Source: Leucoraja ocellata (lineage: Eukaryota). From it: a DNA stretch of 64,000 nt. Shown here piece by piece: positions 1 through 10,200 of this stretch (positions within the stretch are counted from its first letter, which is position 1; the number at the start of each line of letters is the position of its first letter). The DNA is taken from the NCBI GenBank assembly GCA_036785375.1, contig JAWMAR010000070.1, positions 4,092,001 to 4,156,000 on the forward strand, written 5' to 3'. The notes below the pieces were generated by a model. It did not search any database, was not told the origin of the DNA, and was given only the letters and a program-made list of their open reading frames with translations. The translations under genes and the position numbers were made by a program.

Positions 1-131
1 GAAACTGGAGCACTTGTAGAAACCCCACGCGGTCACAGGGAGGAGTTACAAATTCCGTGCAGACAGCATCCGTGGTCAGGATCGAACCCGTGCCTCTGGC
101 TGTAAGGCAGCAACGCTACCGCTGCGCCATC
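1..131 (-). mobile_element. tRNA-derived V-SINE (HE1-like) fragment; copies at ~18600-18775 and ~40070-40250
   Basis: Reverse complement shows A box, B box (gggttcgatcc) and the V-SINE core (gtctgcacggaatttg). Confidence 0.7.
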
Positions 132-332
132 GTGCCATCTACACCTGGAGCCAGAGTTGTTACCAGCACTCCTGCTTGTCATGATAACATCTCCCATTTG
201 CTGCAAATCACACAGAAGAAGCATTGCCCCGTCTGCTAAGCCTATCAACTCCTTGCATCGGAAAATCATAGCTACTTGTTAAACTGCAAGTGAAAAGCAG
301 TGAAACTGACTTTTATTTCCTTGTTCCAACAG

Positions 333-2782
333 GTCTTGAATGTTATTGTGAAAATTCGATACCATCCAATTACTCTGCAAGGTAAAATGCTCTGTTTCCA
401 ATGAAAGTTACAATGTACTAATTGCTGGTGTTTTGATTGGGGAATGCTTTAATTGGGAGAAACTGGCATTAAATGCGTGAGAGTGTTGAGCCACAGTCTC
501 ACAACGCCACGCCATTGGTTCATTAGGAGCTGTCTGTGCGTGGTCTGCATGTTTTGCCTTTAATTGTGTTGGTTTCATTCAAGTGCTCCAGTTTCCTCCC
601 AGCTCCCAAAGATGAACCAGTTGTAAATTGCCCCATGTGTACAGGAGAGTGGCTGAATCTGTGAAGAATGGGTGGGGTGGGGGTGGGGGTGATAGCTGAT
701 GAGCAAGTGGGGGAAATAAAAATAGGATTGACACAGAAATCATGTGAATGCAGTTGACGGAAACGGCCTGTTTCTATACTGTGTTTCTCTATGGGTCTTT
801 GATCCAATGAACCTAAATGTCATGAAGCATAACCAATTGTTGTACAAGTTTCAAGCCTGACACCAAATATAAACGTATCTATTAAATATTATTTAATACA
901 ATAAATATACCTTACAAACCAGTTATTAGTTAACTCATCAGAGGGGGAATCGCACTGGTTTACATCTCATTGTGTTGTGTACATGCTTGGATGATAAGAA
1001 CAAGTTCCTCCATTTGATGCTTTTCAGAGAGCGCTCCCTGTAGTATTCAACATGACTGCTCCATCACTCACCTCATCCGAATACAGCAAAATGAGTTATC
1101 TGACTCTCTCTTACTCGTTGATACTTGAAACTTGAATTAAATATTCAATCATAATATAGTCATGAAAGTGGGAACATTTTGTTGTTTATCTTATCACAAT
1201 TGAAATAGATCTGACTTTCTATCACACTCTTGTGTTATACTTGCGTTAGCAAATGTTCATGAAAGCCACGCCGTTATGAGCGAACCTTAAACCGATTTTT
1301 CGAGCACAATTCCTCCATCCACACACCTACCGCGTTGATCCACGAAGTATCCAGGGTGTGAGATTAAGTATAATCATTTTTTAATTAATTTTATTAATTG
1401 GCCTCATCTGTTTCCATTTTTATTGCCCATCTCCCTTCCATTATTGGAATTGATCCGTTTTTATTATTCCTGTCTATCCAAATGGATTTTATTATAATCT
1501 TCCTTGCAGCTGCATTTTCTTTCTTCCAGGGTATCACACTGTTCTTTGTATCCTTCCACATCCACAGTTCCCTCTCCCGTGACTCTTGGTCTGAAGAAGG
1601 GTCTCGACCCGGAACTTCACGCATTCCTTCTCTCCAGAGAGATGCTGCCTCTCCCGCTGTGTTTCTCCAACATTTTGTGTCCATCTGTTTTGTATTCACT
1701 GTCCCAACTCATGACTTATTTATCTGTATTCTCTAAATCCATTTAACCGTGTAGTCTCTCATTCCCAGTCTTGTAGCCATGCCCCAGCAATGAGGTCAAC
1801 AATTGGTGATCATATGTTGTCCCCCCCCGCCTCCCCCCAGTCCAACACCCGTTCTTTTACAAAGATGGTCTCCACTGACGCTGCCGCTTCGCCGCGCTCC
1901 GCGTCACCAAGATTATGAAGCAAATAACAGGTAAATGCTCCAAAGATTAACCGTCTCGTTTCCTCCCATTGACTCCGTATTTCTTGCCCTTTGCCCAGTT
2001 ACATCTCATGGGAAGTGGGGCGCTGGATGTTCTTTCTCCTGCTTGTGGTCTGGAGTATCTCAACCGCGGTGTTCACAAGAGGCTCTAAGGTAGGTTTTAT
2101 TGTCATCATGTTCATAAATTATAGGAGCAGAATTAGGCCATTCAGCCCATCATATCTAATCGGCCCCCAATCGCGGCTGACCTATCCTTCACTCGATCCC
2201 ATTCACCTGCCTTCTCCCCGTAAACATTGACATCCTTATTTATCAAGAAAATGAAAATCTCCGCCTTAAAAAATATCAATTAATTTGGACAGATACAAAA
2301 ATGCTGGAGTAGCTCAGCGGGACAGGCAGCATCTCCGGTGTGAATTAACTTGGCCTCCACAGCCTCCTGTGGCAATGAAATCCATAGATTCACCAGAAGG
2401 GATTCGCCCAAAGCAATCCCTTCTCTTCGCCGAGTGTTTCCAAACGGTTTCCATTAATGCTTTCATATATCCTGTCCATCAATAGAAACAAAAATCGTGC
2501 ATGTTTTCATATCCTGAGGTTAAACCAAATCTCTATGTAGATGATATCACGAGGTTCTGTCAGGTTGTGCGCGTGCAGGGTGGATGTTTGTGCCCGGTGT
2601 GGGTTCGTTGGCATTGGATTAACTAATTCGTGGGTTAGCATCTTGCAGACAGCAATGTGTTGGGAGTGGTCGGGACAAATAAAGCGTGGTTCTCACTGTC
2701 AGTCTGTCTGATGACTTCACATTGTCTTTTGCAGAGACGCGATGACTCAGAACCTCGCCACTCGACCCACGAATTACAATGA
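333..2782 (+). CDS. 3' end of an upstream CD300/pIgR-like (MDIR-type) receptor gene (gene 0): stalk, TM and tail exons
   Basis: Exons 333-381 (GLECYCENSIPSNYSA), 1865-1930 (RWSPLTLPLRRAPRHQDYEANN), 1999-2089 (SYISWEVGRWMFFLLLVVWSISTAVFTRGSK) and 2735-2782 (RRDDSEPRHSTHELQ*). All have AG/GT boundaries, and phases 1/2/2/0 join into one open frame. The same exons follow the Ig exons in genes A and B. Confidence 0.8.
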
Positions 2783-2979
2783 AGACTCCTAGCCTGCACC
2801 ATCTTAATTTTTGCCACCTCTTCCAAGGTTTCTTTCGTCAGCTTCGAACTATTGTTTTAACCTTTGCGTGGTTTCTGCTGCTTCAGTGTTTTATACTCTG
2901 TTAAACTATATTATATGCATACAATTTCCTGGATTTTTTTTCACAGATTAATGAATAATAATGCAACAGAATTCTTCTT

Positions 2980-3002
2980 AATAAATGGTTGTTGTCAATA
3001 AA
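2980..3002 (+). terminator. Paired AATAAA polyadenylation signals (also 21652-21674 and 43114-43136)
   Basis: Two AATAAA about 200 nt after the stop codon, followed by a GT/T-rich tract; present in all three copies. Confidence 0.6.
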
Positions 3003-3137
3003 CGGTTTGTCTAATTTGTTTTGATTAGACTGCTGGATATTTCTCTTGTTGCCAAACATTAAAGGCGATCAGGGAAGACATTCAATTAATCTTTCAGACT
3101 ATGCTATCCCATCAGACCAAAATTATGCAACGGCATT

Positions 3138-3732
3138 AACCATATAACCATATAACCATATAACCATTACAGCACGGAAACAGCCCTACAAGTCCGTGCC
3201 GAACAATTGTTTTTCCCCTTAGTCCCACCTGCCTGCACTCATACCATAACCCTCCATTCCCTTCTCATCCATATGCCTATCCAATTTATTTTTAAATGAT
3301 ACCGATGAACCTGCCTCCACCACTTCCACTGGAAGCTCATTCCACACCGCTACCACTCTCTGCGTAAAGAAGTTCCCCCTCATATTACCCCTAAACTTCT
3401 GTCCCTAAATTCTGAAGTCATGTCCTCTTGTTTGAATCCTCCCTATTCTCAAATGGAAAAGGTTGTCCACATCAACTCTGTCTATCCCTCTCATCATTTT
3501 AAAGACCTCTATCAAGTCCCCCCTCAACCTTCTGCGCTCCAGAGAATAAAGACCTAACTTATTCAACCTATCTCTGTAACTTAGTTGTTGAAACCCAGGC
3601 AACATTCTAGTAAATCTCCTCTGTACTCTCTCTAATTTGTTGACATCCTTCCTATAATTGGGCGACCAAAATTGTACACCATACTCCAGATTTGGTCTCA
3701 CCAATGCCTTGTACAATTTTAACATTACATCT
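3138..3732 (-). mobile_element. 5'-truncated CR1-clade LINE (HER1-like), specific to this unit
   Basis: Open RT C-terminus (LYKALVRPNLEYGVQFWSP...LERRRLRGDLIEVFK), a short tandem (AACCATAT)n tail, and target duplication GGCATT at 3132-3137 and 3733-3738. Empty sites are at ~21803 and ~43266. Confidence 0.92.
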
Positions 3733-3839
3733 GGCATTGTTCTGGCTATTAGCCTTATTTATCTCTGCGCAGACGCTGACTGACGCGCTAAGCACATCCA
3801 ACATGTACAGATTTCATTGCCGATATGCAACTAATTTTA

Positions 3840-4545
3840 AGGTAGGAAGGAACTGCAGATGCTGGTTTAAACTGAAGATAGGCATAAATTGCTGGGGTAA
3901 CTCAGCGTGACAGGCGGCATCAGTAGATAGATCAGGTAGGGGTAGGCAGACTGGGGGGCGGTGTTCAGCGAAACGATTGCTGAGCCTGCGATTGTTCTCG
4001 CTTCTCGGCGATCGTTTTGCTGAACACCTCCGTTGAGTCCGCCCCTACCTGATACCCCGGTCGCTAAACACGGTAACTCCCCCCTCCCATTCCCATACTG
4101 ACATTCCTGTCCTGGGCATGCTCCATTGTCAGAGTAAGTTGCCGCACAAATTGGAGGAACTGCACCTCATTTTTCGCTTGGGTTGGTTACATCCCAGCGG
4201 TGTGGACGGTGACTTATCTAACTTCAAGTAACCCTTGCGTTCCCTCTCAATCAAACCACCCCCCCCCCCCCCCCCCCCCCCCCCCCCTTCCCAGTTATCC
4301 GATCAGTCTGACGGTCTCCGACTACGTTTTATCTCTAATAACTTTATTGTTACCTTCTCCCAGCTAACAATGACCTATTTTACATTTCCTTTGATCTGCA
4401 AACCCTTTGTCCCGTTTTCACACCTTACTATTCCTTATCCCTCTCCCCTGACTTTAACCTGAAGAAGGGTCTCGACCCGAAACGTCACCCATTCCTTTCA
4501 TCCAGATATGCTACCTGTCCCGCTGAGTTACTCCAGCATGTTGTA
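3840..4545 (+). mobile_element. Penelope-like element relic with an inverted 5' segment (copies ~21910-22600 and ~43375-44063)
   Basis: Degenerate GIY-YIG 3' sequence (ggcgatcgttttgctgaacacctccg...ttcgcttggg), an internal inverted repeat at ~3960-4030, and a terminal ctgaagaagggtctcgacccgaaacgtc motif. Confidence 0.7.
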
Positions 4546-4910
4546 CATGGCTAAAGGGATCAGGGGGTATGGAGAGAAGGCAGGTACAGGATACTGAGTT
4601 GGATGATCAGCCATCATCATATTGAATGGCGGTGCAGGCTCGATGGGCCGAATGGCCTACTCCTGCACCTATTTTATATGTATCTATGTTTCTAACAATT
4701 TTTTTGGATTAAGTAATTGAAAGATACAGCATGGATACAGACCATTTGGCCCACCGAGTCCACGTCAACCAGTAATCAACCCTTTCACACGAGTTCTATA
4801 TCACACCACGTTCGCGTCTTTTGAGTACCGTAATATTGATAAACATTTTAATGCTGCAACGAGTTGTTCATTTTGCCACCGTGCAAAGGAGTTAAAGGAC
4901 TACAAACAAT

Positions 4911-5217
4911 GGCCAATGTGGTGCAACGGTAGAGATGCTGCCTTACAACGCTTGCAGCGCCGAAGACCCGGGTTCGATCCCGACTGCGGGAGCTGTCTGT
5001 GCGGAGTTTGTACGTTCTCCCCATAACATCGTGTTTTCTCCGAGATCTCCAAGGACGTACATATCGATTGGTTAATTGGCATGCTATACATGTAAATCGT
5101 CCCCAGTGTGTGTGGGGTAGTGTAATGTGCGGGGATTGCTGGTCCGTGTGGACTCGGTGGGCCGAAGGGCCTGTTTCATCGCTGTATCTCCAAACTAAAC
5201 TAAACTAAACTAAACTA
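4911..5217 (+). mobile_element. Near full-length tRNA-derived V-SINE (elasmobranch HE1-like); copy at 22967-23273
   Basis: A box tggtgcaacgg, B box ggttcgatccc, V-domain gtctgtgcggagtttgtacgttctcccc, LINE-derived tail gggccgaagggcctgttt and a (TAAAC)n end. Confidence 0.85.
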
Positions 5218-7129
5218 GAGGAAAGTCTATTCTTGTGCAGAACAAAATTGGTGAGTTGCAGCTTGCAAAGCGCGGGGTGTGAAACTGCAAATACATTGTG
5301 TTGCTTTCCTTAGTCTGACTCGTGACTGTAGCCCCGCCATGAAAGAACTTTGAAGGATGTTGTTTGCGAATACAAAATGGTGACCTGCAATAACGGAGTA
5401 ACCGCCATAAAGTTCGGAAAGATTCAAAGATTGCTAAAATGTCCCACTGACAAAGATAAATATTCTCCACACAGTAAGCGGGGAGACGCGGAAATGAGAC
5501 CAGAGTCTGCTTTGAACTCACAAACGCCCAGGTCAGGGATACCAGAGGGGTGCTGAATAGCCAGAGATACTTGCAGATTCTGTGGTCACATTGATGCTGC
5601 CTGGCCCGTTCAAATTGAGCTTGTTAATGGTCTAATGGGAGGAATGATCTTGAGTTGGATCATTTCCCCATTGCAGGACATCCCAAAGTGCCTCTCAGAT
5701 AATGAGAGCTAAACGGTCTGAGATGCCACAGATATACACAAAATACTGGAGCAACCCGCGGGAAGGGCGGCATCACTCGAGGGAAAGAACGGTGGCATTT
5801 CGGGTCGATGCCACTGTAGTGTTTAGCGGTGGGTGCTGACTTGCAATGTACTTTAATCTAATATGATCAAACAGTCACTTCTCCATTTATACTGAATTGT
5901 TCTGCAGTGCTGACACTTTGCTCGCGCTGCTGAAACAAGAGTGTGTAGATTCGTATCTCTGAACCGCATCTTGCGAGCAGCTCGGTGTAACACTGATTGC
6001 TGAGCAGTGTTTGCAGAAGTCATGGGTCAATGGCGAATGAAGACAGGATTAAATTGTTTTGCTGCATCGTCGGTTCCCCTCTGCAGTGTTTTTAGTTGGG
6101 CAAGTAAACAGGGAATAACTCCCAACAAAAGATCATTTACTGAGGGTCGCCAGCGCTCAGCTAACATCAGTGGCGGACACATCAGTGTGTTACACCGATA
6201 CCACGTGATACACTACAATGCCACTGACGGACACAACCCGAATAAACTGCACTGTTCCCCTGAAAGTAACACACCCAGAACGATAGCCCGCAGCAGATAT
6301 TAAGTCATATTATAATATAACTAGTTGCCTACAGAATGAAATCGTTGCAAGCAGATGTACAAAATCAACCAATGGAATGTACATGACCACAACTCTGATA
6401 ATTTATTAGCACTTGTGAAGAAGACAAGTTAACAATTCAATTCACCATGTATATTCTAACTTGCTTTAACTTCACTAAGTGTATCACTTCAGCAATATTC
6501 CAAAACAAAAGTTCCATGTTTTTGGTCTGCCGGTCCACTTACAAAATCATCAAGAGGGAATGATCCGGAAGTGTACACATCTTAGACGTTTTTACTCTTT
6601 TTTTGTTTTGTTTATTTTATTAGAAGTTAATACAGTACAAAACGGCGCAGTGGAACCCAATTTTTACTCTTCTAAATGTCATATTTTATACAACGTATTG
6701 TTTACACGAAGGGTCCCGACCCGAAACGTCATCTATCCATTTTCTCCAGAGGTGCTGACGGGCCCGCAGAGTTGCTCCTGCATTTTTTTTGTCTGTCAAT
6801 ATTTCCACCACAGTTCAGTGTTAACAGACTCTCAGTACAGAGATAACTGCCGCTCCATCCTTACGGATACATCACACTTGACGAAGTGGCTGAAGCAGCT
6901 GCAATAACAACATGGAACGGGCATTTGGCCAGGTCCATGGATAGGGAAGGTTTGGGGAGATATGGGTCGAGCGTGGGCAAATTTGAGTAACTTAGATGAG
7001 CATATTGGTCTAACGAGTTGGGGAGATGGGCCTGTTTCCGTGACGTATGACTCTGTGATCATCTGACCCAACCATTTGCTAAATATAACCCTGAGCCTTT
7101 CACACTACATCGTGTCGAGCTGCTGCTGG

Positions 7130-7249
7130 CTCGCTGTGGTTCACGATCTGACGTCCTGTTCCCTTCTAAGTCATTGCTATTTGAGAGATGCGGTTGTATC
7201 TGAAAGCTCAGAGCTGAGCGACAGACAGACAAGTGCTGGCCTTGTCACT
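7130..7249 (+). promoter_or_regulatory. Probable proximal promoter/5' UTR of gene A (copies ~25213-25332 and ~45864-45995)
   Basis: TATA-less region just upstream of the leader exon with a RUNX consensus TGTGGTT (7135-7141), followed by TGACGTC in A and B or by the ETS consensus ACTTCCTG in C. Motif matches only. Confidence 0.4.
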
Positions 7250-10200
7250 ATGGATAAAACAATGTGGATTCCCCTTCTTCTCATCGCCTCGCTGCCGGGT
7301 GAGTGAAAGCCAGATCTTGATATTCCAATGATCAATGTAGGTTGGGGTCCCGTGCACCCTTTTACAGCAGAGATGGTTAAGTGTGTGTAGACATGTAATA
7401 GGGGAGATGGAACTCAGTGCATTGTGGTGACGGATCTGAAATCACATTTCAATATCTAGACTATGTTCGTAGTTTAACCACCGCTAACACTAGGTCTAAT
7501 TGCATCCTGATGATAGGCATATATAGGCATTAAATAGCGAATGTATTTGGAGCAGATACTCCAAGACACCTGGACCGAAGGACAGAGGTTCCAACATCAC
7601 CAGGAAGTTAATTCTACACTAACAAAATGTGTTTACAACAGAGGTGGAAGTCAGGATTGTGGTCTCATTGTGTCAGTTCAAATATTCCCTGCATTTGTCC
7701 ATCTCAACTCTGTCGCAAACCTAACAATTCCCCGGAGTCTGAGACTCTACCACGGTCCTCGCTCTATCCACCCACCCCCAACTCTCTCTCCATCCGCTCT
7801 CGGATCCGCGGCCCAGTCGTGCTGAAATCCAAGTTCAGTTTATTGTCACGTGTACCGAGGTACAGAGAAAAGCTTTATGTTGCATGCTAACCTGCCAGAT
7901 ACATGATTACAATCGATCATCTTACATACATGAATGGGAAATAAAGTTTAGTGTAAGGTAAGGCCAGCAAAGTCCGATCAAGGGTAGTCCGATGGTCACC
8001 AAAGAGGTAGATAGTTCAGCACTGCTCTCTGGTTATGGGAGGATGATTCCGATGTCTGCTAACAGCTGGGAAGAAACATTCCCCGAATCTGGCGGTGTGC
8101 GTTGTCACGCTACTAACGCTCTCCGTTAATGGACCCGCTCTCCGTTAATGGACCCGTAACTCGTCCGTCCTCTGTCCTCAGTCAGGGCGTTGGAAAGCAT
8201 TGGCGGCGGTGAATGTCTAAACACGGGTCGGTTTTCCGCGTCCGGGAGGGACTCGAGAAGGAGCAGGCGCTGTCCACGGGCACCTGGGGGATTTCCGGGA
8301 CATCTGGGCACCGCCTGCGGTTGAATACATCCTTGACAAGCATTGTAACATAGTTGTATAGTAGTGTATTTAGTATATTTGTTTGTCTTGTATTATGGTG
8401 CTGGGTTCTTGTTTTATTGTAGTGTAAATATTATTTTTAATAATTGAATAAATTATTTGATAATTAAAAAAAACACGGGTCCGGTCCAGTGTCGGTTGAG
8501 AGATGAATGTTGGCAGCGCAGCCGGCGGCACCGCCAATAAAACAGCAAAGTGGGGTATTTCTGTGGGGTGAGAGGCCGGGCACCGCCTGGGATTGTTGAA
8601 AGGCAGCTCCTGCAACACTGCCGCGCTCCCTCAGTACCGCACTGCGATCCCAGCCCAGTTTCTGCTCAGGGATCTGGAGTGGGAAGTGAACCCAAATTGT
8701 ACTGAACCGGGGACAGAACACTGACACAACTGGTACAATAACATCACTGCCTGCACTTCAGACCGGAGACATTGGCCGTGAAGCAATATGACACATCATG
8801 GAACGATTTAAGTTTTCTTTCAGATAATAATAATAATAACAATAATAATAATATTAATATTAATAATAATAATGCATTTTATTTGCTGGCGCCTCTCTGG
8901 ACACCCAAGGACACCTTACAGGACATAAAATCACAATACAATTATCAATATTAAAATTAAGTTGCCAAAAAACAAAAAAAAAAAAAATACACAAAATATT
9001 TTAAGTCATTAAAATCAGGGTGAACATGGTGGAAGTTATGTCGGGTATGCTAATCTAAACAGGTGTGTTTTGAGTTGTGACTTGAATTGATCGATAGTGT
9101 CTAGGTGACGGAAGGGAGGTGGGAGAGTGTTCCAGAGACGTGGGGCAGAGCAGCCAAAGGCTCTGGCAACCATTGTGCTGAGTCTAAATGTGGGGACAGT
9201 TAAAGTTACAGCTGAGGAGGAACGAAGTGGCCGGGAAGGAGTGTATGGTGGCAGCAGGTCAGAGAGGTATTGGGGAGCAAGGTGGTCTAGGGCTTTGAAG
9301 GTCAGCAGTAAATTCTTGTAGTTAATCCGGTGGTGCACAGGGAGCCAGTGGAGCTGAGTGAGGATGGGTGTGATGTGGTCCGATGATCTGGTGCGGGTGA
9401 TGATCCGGGCTGCTGAGTTCTGAATGCATTGGAGGCGATGAAGTAGTTTATATGAAGAAGTAATCTTCAAAATGTATCTATTTCCATTAAACAGTTCATT
9501 GCTCTCCATCTGAAAGTTTCTCCCCTCAGTTTCAGGTGCACTGTGGGCAAAGCGGGATGTAAGAGGAGTTGTGGGAACAGCGACCACAATCGATTGTTAC
9601 TATGCAGCAGAGTACCGCTCACACACAAAATACTGGTGCCGTGGGATGAGTCTTCAATGTACAGTTTTGGTGGAAACAAATGAGCAACACGGACGTAGTG
9701 GAAGATTGTCAATCACAGATAACCCGGCACGAGGAATATTTACTGTGACTGTGGACGATCTTCAGGATGGAGATACAGGATGGTACAGATGTGGAATTAC
9801 AACATCTGCCGACCATCCAATATTTAATGTTCATCTCGAAGTATCTGACGGTACGTTTCGCAGCGATTGATTGACGTCTCCAGCAGAAAGACAATACAGG
9901 ATTACAATCGATTCTCATACAGTGCATAGATACATGGAAATTAAATAACGTTTAGTGTAAGGTAAAGGCAGCAAAGTCCGATCAAGGGTGGTCCGAGGGT
10001 CGTCAAAGAGGTAGATGGGAGTTCAGGACAGATCTCTGGGCGTGGTAGGATGATTCAGATGCCTGATAACTGCTGTGAAGAAATTGTCACCGCCAATGAA
10101 ATAGCAAAGTGGGGTCTTTCGTGGGGTGAGAGGCCAGGCACCGCCTGGGATTGTTGAAAGGCAGCTCCTGCAACACTGCCGCGCTCCCTCAGCACTGCAC

